This document shows, one piece after another, positions 38,641-52,377 of a DNA stretch of 64,000 nucleotides. Within the stretch, counting starts at the first letter, position 1. Each line of letters opens with the position of its first letter. Source of the DNA: Octopus vulgaris (Eukaryota). The notes under the pieces were generated by a model, which was not told the DNA's origin, ran no database searches, and saw nothing but the letters and a program-made list of their open reading frames with translations. Both the position numbers and the translations under genes were made by a program. The stretch spans positions 153,698,001-153,762,000 of the forward strand of contig OX597814.1 of NCBI GenBank assembly GCA_951406725.2, written 5' to 3'.

Positions 38641-39975
38641 CAACAACAGCAGCAGCAGCAGTAGTGGAGGTGGTTGTGGTTGTTGTTGTGGTGGTGGTGG
38701 TAGTAGTGATGTTCTGTCTTAGTAATCATTTTAGAAATCACTGACTTTAACTGCTGTATCCTAAAGGAAGACATTAACGAGTTTTGCATTTTTTAACCTT
38801 CTATCAGCATCTGAGAAAAAGTATATAAATATATGTGTAGGAAGTACAACAATTCCAAAGTGAATGAAAAACAAACTTGTAATAAGACTATCTAAATCTT
38901 TGTGCTTAATCTTGCACTATGATTTCAGTTGCAGCCAACCAAAGTTATATACAGTCGAATGAAACAAGACAGGTTACCATAGAAACTGACTTGAAACTGG
39001 TATTGACTGGTTGGTTGGAATAAATCCATTCTGTCAACTGCTCTCTGCATAAGCTAAGCAATTCCAAGTGAAGACTATATTGTCTTCATATATTTTACAC
39101 ATCTTACATGTACATATAATGTCCATGTATTTAGATGTGTACCACAAATATGACCACATACACACACACAAATACAGGTGTATAAGCACTAATATTATGA
39201 AGCATATATATATATATATATATATATGGACACAGTTGTTCCTTCCTTATTTCATTCTATCTATATATTTACCTTTCAGCTTTTCTTGCTTGCAATCTTA
39301 CAATAAGGCATTGAGTGGTAGAAATCACAATAGTAGACTTAAGCTAATCAATAGATTTGAGCAAAGGCCATGCAAGAGAACAGATGACAAATTCTTGGAA
39401 GAAATTTGATAGACAAGACCTGATCTATTTACTAAAAGGCAAAAAAAAAAAAGCAAAAACAAATTCTTCTATATAAGATTTCATCTCGAATATACCCCAT
39501 CTTTACTGTCATTTTCTTGAAGAGAAGTGAATTTTTTTGCTATTTTTGAATCATTAACTATGTCTCCTCAAACCAGTTCTGTGTGTGTATGTGTGTGTTG
39601 TGTGTGTGTGCATGCGTGTTTGTGTGTCTGCACATGTACAGGCATATGGACACCCTCTTATCTTATATAATGATCTCAGTGCATTCTTGAGAAGTGAAGT
39701 TAAGTGAAACAACGTTACAAGAGGTCATTAATACATGACAGAAAAGAAAATGTTTACTAGAGTAAACACATGAACACAGCCGAAGACTAATTTGGGATAA
39801 TAAACATAAAATCCTCAATAATTCTATTTTAAGATATTTTTAAATAAATAATAACCAAAAAAAAAACAAAAAGAAAACGATGGTAAATTATTAGGATAAA
39901 TCAGAATCTGAATATGTAAGTATGAGTGGGAATGTATGTATACACTCATTATATACTCATGTGTAAGATTACAGA

Positions 39976-40233
39976 TGTATGTATGTATGTATGTATGTAT
40001 GTATGTATGTATGTATGTATGTATGCGTGTGTATGTATGTATGTATGTATGTACGTACGTACGTACGTATGTATGTATGTATGTATGTATGTATGTATGT
40101 ATGTATGTATGCATGTATGTTTGTATGTATGTGTACGTACATATGTATGTATGTATGTATGTACATACGTACATACGTATGTATATATGTATGTATGTAT
40201 GTATGTGTGTGTGTGTGTATGTGTGTGTGTGTG

Positions 40234-40265
<32 letters not shown>

Positions 40266-40268
40266 TGT

Positions 40269-40308
<40 letters not shown>

Positions 40309-40334
40309 ATGTATGTATGTATGTATGTATGTAT
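39976..40334. repeat. Compound (TATG)n/(TG)n/(TACG)n microsatellite ~360 bp
   Basis: Directly visible. Confidence 0.97.
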
Positions 40335-40601
40335 GGTTGACACTGCTGATTCATTTTATCACTATGCAGAGTTTCTTGCTCTGTGCAACCATTCAAGCAA
40401 CAAGAAGATGAATCAATAAAAGACGTATAAATGAACTCTACTGTCTTATTGAGTACTTTTTCTCTTGGTTATATATATCCAAACAGATATATGTGTGTAG
40501 GTACAGGCATGGGCTGTATGGTTAAGGAGCTTATTTCACAATGATGTGATCTTGTGTTCAATCCCACTGCAAGGCACTTTGGACAAATGCCTTCTACTAT
40601 A

Positions 40602-40834
40602 TATTTCTTTATTGTCTACAAGGGGCTAAACACAGAGGGGACAAACAAGGACAGACAAAGGGATTAAGTTGATTACATCGACCCCAGTGCGTAACTGGTA
40701 CTTAATTTATCGACCCCGAAAGGATAAAAGGCAAAGTCGACCTCGGCGGAATTTGAACTCAGAACATAACGGCAGACGAAATACGGCTATGCATTTCACC
40801 TGGTGTGCTAACGTTTCTGCCAGCTCACCACCTT
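40602..40834 (-). mobile_element. Meta-domain-type tRNA SINE (representative), nested in a CORE SINE
   Basis: Reverse complement contains gagttcaaattcc (B box) and gtcgactttgccttt..cctttcggggtcgataaattaagtaccag. 16 bp TSD aatgccttctactata. Other copies at ~315-525, 560-770, 12228-12425, 14505-14712, 31323-31535, 32718-32932, 46270-46918, 48924-49156, 56462-56672. Confidence 0.85.
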
Positions 40835-41204
40835 AATGCCTTCTACTATAGCCTCCAGGCTGACTAAAGTCTTGTGAATGGATTTGGAAGAAGCTCATTG
40901 TGTGTGTGTGTATGTGTACATGTCTATGTGTGTGTGTGCTCATGTGTGTGTGTGTGCACATGTGTGTGTGTGTGTGTGCATACCTTTGACTTGACATCAC
41001 ATGGTGATTGTAAATGAGCACCACCATCGTACAAGCCTTGGAGCTTGTTTTCAGTCTTCTAGGAAAAACATATCTGGGGATAGGGAAATATTACCTTGCT
41101 TGGAAACATGTGAGGAGTGGCAACAGGAAGGGCACCCAGCAGTATAAAATCTACCTCAACAAATTCTGTCTGATCCGTACAAGTATGGAAAAATGAATCA
41201 TATA

Positions 41205-42030
41205 ATAATAATAATGAAATTATTATGTATAGTGCTCAGGTGCACCACAACTCATCAAAGATGCATTTATAGTAGATAGAATTATGCGCAAAAGTCAGGA
41301 AAATGAGCAGTGTATGAGTCATGATATACATGTGGTGCATGTGTATAGAGGTGGGATATCAGGTGTAGTGTTAACAAATTTCTGGAAGCACAGAAGTTTT
41401 AAAGGATGCAGTGTCTCAGCAACTAACAACTGATCAGGTAGTTTGTTTCATGCAACAATAACTTTGAATGTGAAAAAATGTTTCCAAAAGTCATGGGAGC
41501 TGTACTGTTTTCTGATTTTGTTGGCCGATCCATGTATGTTAGACACATGGAGCTCAAAAAGGTGCTCAAGGTGGTTGTTGGCCAGATGGTTAATAATTTT
41601 GTGAGTGTTTACCAAGTCAGTTGCCAGATGCTGGAGCCTAGAAAAGCAAAGCATTCAGAGTATGGTAGATGCCTGATGGAGTGTATTCATTTGGTTGCAC
41701 ATCTTTGAACAGTTTCCAGGAGGTCAATGCCCTGAGCAAGATAGGGGTTCTAGGCTGGTGATGCAAATTCTAAGTATGGTGGCACCATAGCCATATACAG
41801 CCTTAAGTAGATAGCTGGAAAGTGGATGACAAAGGTCTTGCTGAGTGATACCAAATTGACAATTTTAGAGATGTGCTTTGTCCAGTGCAAATTGCTGTTG
41901 ATAGTAATGCCCAGGTCATGTTCACAAGAAGACTTCTTGATATCAGTGTTGTGGAGAGAGTATGTGGACGCTGGGTTTTTACTCCCCAAATGCATGGTGG
42001 TACACTTGTCCACAGCCAGCTTATCCTGTT
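41205..42030 (-). mobile_element. 5'-truncated CR1-clade LINE (RT C-terminus and 3' tail)
   Basis: VDKCTTMHLG..EHDLGITINSNLHWTKHI..LYMAMVPPYLEFASPA, LETVQRCATK, DLVNTHKII, FFTFKVIVA. Ends near (TTA)n. Confidence 0.88.
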
Positions 42031-42418
42031 TGTGATTCTCTGCTAAACAGAGTCAAGGTATGACCAGGAAGATGGATTTACAAGCCACGCCTTATAGTTC
42101 AGCCAACTCCTTGTATGTCAAAGGACTGCTCAATCAGTGATTGACCTGGGGCTCCACAATAACACAGATATATACACAAGCCAATGAGGAAGCATTTACA
42201 TAGTCATTCAACCTGCCAGAAATAGAAACCAAATCTCCTTCATATCACATCCAATTGTATTAAAAAGGGGTAAACATGAGACAATTGAGTCCTAGGTATA
42301 CAAAAAATGAGATAGTCATATTTTAAATGCTTAATCATAAGACTGCTCAATCAGGAGTGACTTGGGAGTTAAACAACACTCACTAGTTTATTATATACAT
42401 GAGCTGGCATTGTCATTA

Positions 42419-42784
42419 AGCGCAATGGCCCTGTGGTTAGGGCAGCGGACTCGCGGTCATAGGATCGCGGTTTCGATTCCCAGACTGGGCGTTGTGAGTG
42501 TTTATTGAGCAAAAACACCTAAAAGCTCCACGAGGCTCTGGCAGGAGATGGTGGTGATCCCTGCTGTACTCTTTCTCTCACTCTTACTTCCTGTTCTGTT
42601 GTACCTGTATTTCAAGGGGCCGGCCTTGTCACTCTCTGTGTCACGCTGAATATCCCCGAGAACTACGTTAAGGGTGCACGTATCTGTGGAGTGCTCAGCC
42701 ACTTACACGTTAATTTCACGAGCAGGCTGTTCCGTTGATTCGGATCAACCGGAACCCTCATCGTCGTAACCGACGGAGTGCTTC
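42419..42784 (+). mobile_element. Young full-length tRNA-derived SINE nested in an older SINE
   Basis: A box tggccctgtgg, B box gtttcgattcc, many CpGs retained. 11 bp TSD cattgtcatta (42408-42418 / 42785-42795). Confidence 0.9.
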
Positions 42785-43139
42785 CATTGTCATTAGGATA
42801 CTGGACAAAATGTTAGTGGCATTTCTTCTGGTTTTACATGCTGAGTTCAAATGCTACCAAGATTGACTTTGCCTTTCATCCTTTTGAGATCAATGAAATA
42901 AGTTCAAGTTAAGCACTGGGGTCAATGTAATCAATTAACTCCCTCTCCCAAAATTTCAGGGTTTGTGCCTTGCCTATAGTAGTTAAGATTATTTATATTC
43001 ATGAGCCAATAAGCATAATACAATTACTTAGGATTGTTAGGATTATATACAAGTGCCAGTGAGGAAACCTCTACATGGTCACTCTGCTCATTAGAAATAG
43101 CTACCAAATCTCTTTTATACCACACCTTACTCTTCAAGA

Positions 43140-43388
43140 AGAGTGATTCTCAACCATTTTTTTTCCATATAGACCCCCTTAGGTTTCTAATTTTACTTGG
43201 ATGGACCCTCATAGCCATTCAATGTTTTTTTAAAAAAACCTATTATATTTTAATGATTAAATATTATTAGCAATAATATGAAAAAAATTGTTAAAATATT
43301 ATGAGTATTGTAGAAGTGTAACCAATTTATGTCACAAAACCTTAGATGGACCCCCAAGGGTCATGTGGACCCTAATTGAGAACCACTA
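43140..43388. mobile_element. hAT/Charlie-like MITE
   Basis: Termini agtgattctcaa / ttgagaaccact with internal ggacccc motifs. TSD not clear. Confidence 0.6.
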
Positions 43389-43960
43389 TACTAAATTGAC
43401 TAAGCTTTATTAGAAAAAGTTTGAATGTCTTTCATTATTGGTTGATTTCACTGAGAACTAACCTGGGGCTAAACAACATAGGTTTATTACATATATGAGC
43501 GAACAAAGAAACTTCTAAATAATATTTGTTTGTTCTGACCTGCTAAAAATAGAAGTCAAAGTTATCTCATATCACGCTTTACTGTATCAATTACAGAAAG
43601 GATACACTGGCTAGTGCTGCATTGGATAGACAATGTTAGGAAAAATAAAATCAAAAGAAAAGATGGTCAAGGCTGAAATGACCATGAGACTGTTATCTTT
43701 AGCAACAGTAAACAAAGGAGCCTCAAAAGGGTCATTTAACTTTCTAGAAATCACAGCTATGGATGTGCAGTTAGGAAACTTACTTCTCAACCATATATGT
43801 GGCACCTTGGGTAAGTGTCTTCTGCTATAGCCTTGGGCTAACCAAAGCCTTGTGATTGAATTTAGTATGCTGAAGTTTCCCTCATGTGTATCTGTGTGTG
43901 AAAGTGTTTGTGCCTCCTTTAACCCTTTAGCATTTAAGCTGACCATATCCAGCCTGAATA

Positions 43961-44365
43961 TCATCATCATCATCATCTTTTAACGTCCGTTTTCCATGCT
44001 AGCATGGGTTGGACGGTTCAACCGGGGTCTGGGAAGCCAGGAAGCTGCACCAGGCTCCAGTCTGATCTGGCAGTGTTTCTGCAGCTGGATGCCCTCCCTA
44101 ACGCCAACCACTCCGTGAGTGTAGTGGGTGCTTTTTACGTGCCACCGGCACAGGCGCCAGTCAAGGCGGCACTGGCATCGGCCACGTTCGGATTGGTGCT
44201 TTTTACGTGCCACCGGTACAGGTGCCAGGTGAGACTGGCAACAGCCATGATCGGTTGGTGCTTTTTATGTGCCATCAGCACAGAAGCCAGTCAAGGTGTC
44301 GCTGGCATCAGTCACGTTTGGATGGTGCTTTTTACGTGCCACCAGCACAGGTATTTTACGTGCCT
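43961..44365 (-). mobile_element. 3' fragment of the same RTE family (3' UTR with B subunits)
   Basis: (TCA)n, then taacgtccgttttccatgctagcatggg...gtgccaccggcac repeats. Related fragments at ~14225-15050, ~52050-52245 and ~57250-57465. Confidence 0.85.
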
Positions 44366-45857
44366 TTAAATTTAAATCAGCCAGATCATATCTACTATAC
44401 AATGTCATTTTAAAAGTAAACATTCTATAAGCAAACAATCTTTAAAAAAAAACCCAAAAGACAAAGGATATATTAGATTATGCAGTTCTAGATTACAACA
44501 AAAAAAAGGAAAAAAAAAAAGAGAAAAAAGAAAATAAGATGGGATGGTCATGACTGGAACATATTTGAACAGTGATCTCTCCTTTGAAAATTCCATGCTT
44601 CCCAAACTTCGCCATCATTCCATCTAATGGTTCTTTTATTATTAACTTTTCTCTTTTTGCGGTTTTCTTTTCTGTATACTGCGTATCCTTTGTCTTTTAT
44701 TTGTTTCAGTCATTTGAGTATGGCCATGCTGGGGCACTGCCCTGAAGTATTTTCAGTGGATTGAATTGGACCCTGAAATTATTTTCTGTTTTTAAAACCC
44801 GATAATTATTCTACCAGTCTCTTTTGCTGAACCACTAAGTTACAGATAAGTAATCATAGCAACAATGGCTACCTAGCAGTGGTAGAGGACAAACACAGAC
44901 ACAAGTGCACACACATGCATGCATGCACACACGCAGGCATGCACACACACACACACACACATAATGAGCTTCTTTCAGTTTCTGTCTGCCAAATCCACTC
45001 ATAAGACTTTGGCCAACCTGAAGCTATAATAAAAAACACTTGCCTGAGGTGCCACACAGTGAGACTGAACCTGGAACCATTCAGTTGGGAAGCAAACTTC
45101 TTACCACACTGCCACACCTGTGCCTCTCTGTCCATTAAGCTTTCATTTCTCTCTTTCTATACTTGGCTTATTGCTGCTTTGTGTCCCCCACCATTTAAAA
45201 AAAAATCTTTTCCAATGAGTTGTTGCATATTTGAACACTTGTATACGACAAGTTCATTATTAATTATTATTCAACTCATTACAGTTCTGAGTTCAAACCC
45301 CACTGAGGTCAACTTTTGGGGGTCAATAAAATAAAGTAGAACTTAGGTACTCGATTGATGTAATTGACTAATACCTTCCTACTCAGCATTGGTGGCCTTG
45401 TGCCAAAATTTGAAACAATTATTATTATTTATCAGGACCTGACTTTGAGCTAAACTACTACCACTGCTCCTCCTCCTCCTTCTCCTCCTTCTCCTCCTCC
45501 TACTCCTACTACTACTACAAATAGCGAGATTAAAAAGCGAAAAGGAGTTTAAGGATAACATAGGGCACCTGTACTACAAACTGAATTGTCATAGATAATA
45601 CACTTCTTCTGGGGTTTCCTAACAAATCGTTTGTATTAGACTTGAACACATTCTGAAGCTAGTTTGTGGGTGTATATGAGAGAGAGACAAAAGAGAGAGG
45701 GAGAGAGAGAGAGAGAGAGACAAAAAGGGAGAGAGAAAGAGAGAGAGAGGGTATTGAGTGTGCATAAATGGATGTCTGTGTGTGTGTGTGTGCTTTAAGG
45801 AATGCTTTGGCAAATATTCTTCCTAGTTAGATGTTTTTAAAATTTCCTTTGTTTCAG

Positions 45858-45975
45858 GTTGACAGTGCCCATGATAGTTTTGCTCCTCCTCCACCATCCT
45901 CTGCTGTGGGATTAAGATATTGTGAGAAGTTACCAGAGTTAAGTCAACACTTCATTTGTTTGAACAACTGAAAGG
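45858..45975 (+). other. Candidate 118 nt exon, probably non-coding (stops in all frames)
   Basis: aatttcctttgtttcag acceptor and AGG|GTAAGA donor in non-repeat sequence. Confidence 0.35.
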
Positions 45976-48126
45976 GTAAGAGGGGAGAAGTGAGTATAAA
46001 ATGTAAGCAGTGGAAAAGTTTCTGAAGGAGACAAATGTAAAGAACAATGACAGTACAAATTGTTCAATTTGACAATACTGATATGATAAAGATTAGAGGG
46101 TTCCAGAATTAGTGACATACATTCATGGTAATTCAGTTAAATCAGTACAATGGGAAAGTGACTTCTGGGTGCAGACGTGGCTGTTGTGTAGTTAAGATAT
46201 TCATCTTGTAGGTTGAAGTTAATTAAGGCTGACTTGGGGCTAAATAACTCTTTATAAAATTAGCTCAAGGTCAGCAATTTTTTCTTTTTTTTTCTTGAGG
46301 AGAGGAGGTCAATCAGTTACATTGACACACCGGTTCTTCACTGATCCTTTATAAACCTTGGAGGGATGAAAGGCAAAACTGACTTGAGCAGAATTTGAAC
46401 TCAAATCATAATGAGCTGAAAGAAGTGCCGATAGATAATTTATCTGGTGTGCTAATGATTCTACCAATTTGCCACCTTGACCAGGGACTAAATAATGGTT
46501 TCGAATTTTGGCACAAGGCTAACAGTTTTTGAAATTAATCTCAAAACTTGACTGGTACTTATTTTATTGGCTCCAAAGGGATGAAAGGCAAATTTGACCT
46601 CAATTCTAATTCAGAATGTAAAGATGTATGAAATGTCATTAAGCATTTTATCTGATGTGTTAATGATTCTGCCAGCTTGCCACCTTGACCTGGGACTAAA
46701 TAATCTTTTCTACTCTATGTACAGGTACCAAAATTTTGGGGGAGGGGACCAGTTGATTAGATTGACCCCAGTACTCAATTGGTATTTAATTTATTGACCC
46801 TGAAAGGATGAAAGGCAAAGTCGACCTCGGTGGAATTTGAACTCAGAATGTAAAGACAGATGAAATACCGCTAAGCATTTCGCCCGGTGTGCTAATATTT
46901 CTGCCAGCTCGCAGCCTTCCTGGACTAAATAATAGCAACAACAATAATGATCCAATGAAAAGATTCCCCTACATGGTTGCTTAATACGTTAGAATTAGAA
47001 GCTTAATCTCTCTCAAATAACACCTGTTGTCTCAAAAATAGGAAGAATATATTGCATAATGTAATCCTAGATATAATATGCCTGAAAAAAATGTCAGAAT
47101 AGTCGTTGCTGGAATGCCTTCAATCATAAGTCTGCTTAATAAGACTTGATCTAAACTTAAACAACATTTGTGACTCACTTGACCTGCTGAAATTAACAAC
47201 TAGATCTCCCACAAATCACGCACACATTACCATCTTAAAAGAAATACACAGTGAGAAATATTGTCCTAGATACATTACGAATAAGCAGGCATTTCCATCC
47301 TATAACCTCAGGTCAATCCTAACCCTGTGAGTGAACTTTTGTGGATGGGAACTGAGTGGAAGATTGTGAAATAAATTGTTATTGTCCTTGGATTAGCAGA
47401 TGCAATCTGTCACCCAGTTTAACGCAATACCTGACACATGGGTAACTTTAGCAGAGTTGACTTTTACAAGAATTAAAATCAGGTCTTTTATCAGAAAATT
47501 ATTTCCTTCTTTCTTCTCACCATTCTCAGAACATCTGAAAAATGCTATGGACACTCCCCACCTTCCTTCTTTTTTTCTAAACTATCTTTGCAGATTTCAT
47601 CTTTTAGCTGTCTCAGACATGAAACTGAGGCCATGCTGGGGCAATGTCTTGAAGAGTTTTAGTTGAACAAATCAACCTCAGTATTTGTTTTTGATTTGAT
47701 GCCTGGTACTTATTCTATCAGACTCTTTTCCCAAACTAATAAGTTATGGAAGACATAAACAAGCCAAAATTGGTTGTCAGGCAGTGGGAATGAGGGGAAA
47801 CACACACACAGACACACACACACACGTATATATAAGATGGGCTTCCACAAAGTTTTTGTTTACCCAAAATTCCCTCACAAGGCATAGGTTAGTACTAGGC
47901 TATTTGTAGAAGAGACTCATCCAAAATGCTACACAGTGGGACTGAACCTAGAACCACATGATTGCAAAGCAAGTTTCTCAACCACACAGCCATGTCCAGC
48001 ACCAAAAAAAAAAACTTTTAAAAAATAAAAAATTTAATTTTAGTTCTTTAACATGAATTGAATGTTATATTGTCTCCTTTGCTCCGTTTTTAAAAGTTAC
48101 ATTTCTCTACCAGTGTTGTTGTTTAA

Positions 48127-48351
48127 CCCTTTTCAAGCAAACCCATTCAGGACCACCACCCTTAGTTCTGCGATACAAATTTCCTGTATTAAAGTCATCT
48201 ACATTAGATTTCTTTATCAAAATTTCTTGTTAATTTATACTCCAAACACCAGCTTAATAATGGCAAAATTATTTTATTAAATTTTTCATTATTTTCAAAA
48301 TTAATTGAAACAAAGACAGCTTATTTCATTTGAAATATGGTAACAAAAGGG
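48127..48351. mobile_element. TTAA-flanked MITE, second family
   Basis: TTAA-ccctttt ... aaaaggg-TTAA. Confidence 0.7.
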
Positions 48352-49577
48352 TTAACCTCAGGATCATGTCAAAGAGACTCATAATCAAAAGGTATTTACA
48401 CAAGAACTGTCTCCTTTTTTTTTTTTTTTTTTTTTTTTAGTCAGTCATAAAGCATCTAAGAGCACATTCCTCATTATATTCCTTTTAGAGAGAAATAGAA
48501 GGCAGTGACAAGCAGAATTGTTAGCATGTCAAACAAAAATGCCAGGTGTGGCATTTTTTCCAGCATTTTTTTCCATTCTGAGTTCAAATACTGCTGAAGT
48601 GAACTTTGCCTTTCATCTCTTCAGGGTTGATGAAATAAAGTACCTGCCATGTACTGGGCTCAATGTAATTGACTTGTCACCTTCCCTCAAAATTACTAGT
48701 CTTGAGCCCTGTAATAATAGACCAGTTTCCAGTTCAGTGAGAATGTGATCTGTATCACTTGTATGCTATGGAAACTGAATAACCAGCCTTATGGGTCATA
48801 GTGTCCAAGAATGAAAGAAAAAATATTTTGTGTGATTTGAGGGAGAGCTAGCTGTTAATTATAGCAGGCCAGGCAACTATATAGAGATTCACTTGTTGAT
48901 TAATAAGTGTTATTTAGTTCCATAAGGCGGTGAACTGGCAGAAACGTTAGCGCACCGGGTGAAATGCTTATTCATATTATGTCTGCCGTTACATTCTGAG
49001 TTCAAATTCTGCCGAGGTCGACTTTGCCTTTCCTCCTTTCAAGGTCGATAAATAAAGTACCAGTTATGCACTGGAGTTGATGTAATCAATTTAATCCTTT
49101 TGTCTGTCCTTGTTTGTCCCCTCTATGTTTAGCCCCTTGTGGACAATGAAGAAATATATTTAGTTCCATATCAGGTCTTATTAAAAAGACCTATTAATCA
49201 AAGACAATCCAACCATGATCATTCTGACTTTTTTAGACACAGCATATCTAGGACTACATTATACAATACAGACTTTCATATTTTGAGATAGGGAGGTGTG
49301 ATTGAAGAGAGAGATTTGGCTGCTATTTCCAGCAGACATAGAAACCACTTAGAGGGATCCTACATTGGCTCATTAGTATTGCTGCTGTTTTTTAGTCTTA
49401 GATCAGCCTTGAGTGAGTGAGCCTATGTTTCAAACCATTCATGTGTAGCCTTGTTTTTTTTTTTGTGAATGTGTGTGTTAATTTTTAACCTAAAATAATA
49501 TATATATATATTTTTTTTTTACATCTAGTTTCAGCTCACAAGCTGTGGCCATGCTGGGGCACCACCATTCTAATATT

Positions 49578-49699
49578 TTTTTGCGGAGCTTTTAGGTGTT
49601 TTCGCTCAATAAACACACATAACGCCCGGTCTGGGAATCGAAACCGCAATTCTCCGACCGCGAGTCCGCTGCCCTAACCACTGGGCCATTGCGCCTCCC
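49578..49699 (-). mobile_element. Head-only copy of the same tRNA-SINE with oligo-A end
   Basis: Reverse complement of 42419-42530 ending aaagctccgcaaaaaa; aatatt on both flanks. Confidence 0.8.
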
Positions 49700-50484
49700 A
49701 ATATTACTTCAGTTTTTAAGACAAAAGAAACAGTTTTACCAGACTTAGAGGCTAAGTTACATGAGAAGACCAGAATTTGGACATAGTGGTTATCAGAGGC
49801 AGGTTCAGATGTATTTTATAGGAGCCCTTTCTTGGTAGCAGAACTGTGTTCCTAATACCATTCTTCTGTTAGACAAACTTCAAGCCTTCTCACACATACA
49901 TATTACACACACACACACACACACATGTCTGAGAGAGAGATTACACACATACACCACATAAACACACTCACACATATATATATCTATAAACATGTACATA
50001 TTTATATCAATGAATAAATATACTTTATCTGTATTGTTGTATTTACCATTAGATATATATCTATTAAATATTTGTAATTGTTTGTGTGAGAGTTGGGATT
50101 GGCTGCATTATTGATGACATCACAGAAAGAGAAATACAAGAGAGAACATCATGAAAAGAGAGAACAGACAGGGCAGAGATGAGGGAAAGTTAAGTAGTGG
50201 TATATAAGCAGACAGCAGTAAGAGAAGTGAAAAGGCAAATGAGAGATCAAGCAAATTTTTTTATTCTTTTATTTGTTTCAGTCACTTGACTTCAGCCATG
50301 CTGGAGCACTGCCTTTTAGTCAAACAAATCGAGCCCAGGACTTATTCTTTTTAATCCTAGTATATATTCCATCGGTTGCTTTTGCTGAACTGCTAGGTTA
50401 CGGGGACATAGACATGCCAGCATCAGTTATAAAGCGATGGTGGAGGGACAAACATATACACATACACATATATATATATATGTA

Positions 50485-51031
50485 CAAGCAAAAGCGCTCA
50501 CCCCGTCCAATGGATGGTGCTGAGTTGTCAAATATTCAAACCAAATTTTCTCAAAACTTTTCATTAAAAAATAATTAAGCATGCCTTTATTTTAATAAAA
50601 TTTTTGGTTTTGTTAAACAAAGTTAAGGCAAAAAAGAAACATCTTGAGAAACCAAATAGTCTTTCCTTCCTTCAGGCCAAGTTTGAAGAAAATATCTCTT
50701 TTGCATCTTACTTTTTTAGTCTCTTAAATATACTGCATTTTGTGACATTATTTCAAGCCAGCCAGCTTTTTTTGCTCAAAGAGCATGTGCATTTTTCTTG
50801 CATACACGTACTATTGATCTCAACAGCTGATGTACTTCCACATACAAATGCACGTTCCCATGGCTTTATCGATCGCATTCTCACCTGGAATCGATTTTTG
50901 TAATTTTTTCAAGACTTATACACACCCTGATACTGTCGGTATCTACATATCAAATTTGAGTGCAATCGGATGGAGGATGCCCGAGATCCAAGAAGACACA
51001 CACACAGACAGAACAGATTTTATATAAGAGA
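50485..51031 (-). mobile_element. Non-autonomous Helitron-like element (~550 bp)
   Basis: Minus strand: A|TC 5' end (tctcttatataaaatctgttctgtctgtgtg), subterminal hairpin caccatccattggacggggtg, 3' CTTG|T end, no TSD. Confidence 0.75.
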
Positions 51032-51782
51032 TATTGTATATATATATAACACTGTACACCTGTTTAGGCAATGTCAATTTTATGCAGGTAGTGAGCTGAT
51101 GTACAGCACAAAACATTTGATTACTATAAACAAACTAGCTGGTCCAGTGCCATCAAAACAAGACAGCTAATTGTAGTATTTTATATACAAATAAGATACA
51201 AAATAATCACAGATACAAACATTCACATACTTCCCTTGTACACGCACACACATACACACATATACTCACACAGAGTTGAAACACTGTTTGATTTTTCTTT
51301 TCAGCATTGCATGTTCACAATCCCACATTCATTGCACACGCAAGCACGTGCACACACACACATAATGTGTGTGTGTAGAGGAACACTGGGGTGTTAGCAT
51401 GTATACATCAACCAGTGGCGAGACATAATGTACACTTTCAAAATAATGTATGGATACATTAAAACAATATGTTGATATACATCTTTTTCTTTTTGACAAC
51501 CACATACCTACATATCTTTTTGATAAGTGCCAATGCACAACTCTCAACCCTTGAGTCACTCTATAATTTCTGCTGGCTAAATAAAAAAAAAATATATAAT
51601 CATTCTTATAAATGCCATATAAATAACAGAAACTTGCTGCAAGTCAAGCACACAGCGGGAAAGAACTCCCATCTGACAAGTGTTTTGGCCCTTGTATCTG
51701 ATACTCTATGGGAGCTGGATCCATCTAGGTCATGACTCCTAGGTGTCCTCCTGCTGCTTTCCAAAATCCTGTCTCCAGTTGG

Positions 51783-51829
<47 letters not shown>

Positions 51830-51955
51830 TGGCAGGTGTTGCTATGTGGTAAGAAATTTGCTTCTTAACCATGTGGTCCCTGGTTCACTCCACAATGTGG
51901 CCAACCAAAGACTTGTGAGTGGATTTGGTAGGTGGAAACTGAAAGGAGCCCATTG

Positions 51956-52003
<48 letters not shown>

Positions 52004-52015
52004 CAATAGTATATC

Positions 52016-52054
<39 letters not shown>

Positions 52055-52241
52055 TCATCATCATCATTTAATGTCCACTTTCCATGCTAGCATGGGTTGG
52101 ACAATTTGACTGAGGTCTGGCGAACCAGATGACTGCACCAGACTCCAATCTGATCTGGCAGAGTTTCTACAGCTGGATGCCCTTCCTAATGCCAACCACT
52201 CTGAGAGTGTAGTGGGTGCTTTTACGAGGTTCAGTCAGGCG

Positions 52242-52320
<79 letters not shown>

Positions 52321-52377
52321 ATATATGTGTGTATGTATATATGTGTGTGTGTGTGTATGCATATATATATATATGTA

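Noticed and set aside
39824-40419. Long ORFs (124-190 aa) rich in MYVC/HTYI
   Set aside because: Translations of (TATG)n/(TG)n microsatellites. The same applies to ORFs at 7794-8073, 17861-18084, 19537-19914, 29200-29481, 30927-31258 and 52212-52475.
42419-42495. tRNA gene
   Set aside because: The tRNA-like head continues into a SINE body bounded by an 11 bp TSD; no proper acceptor stem or terminator.
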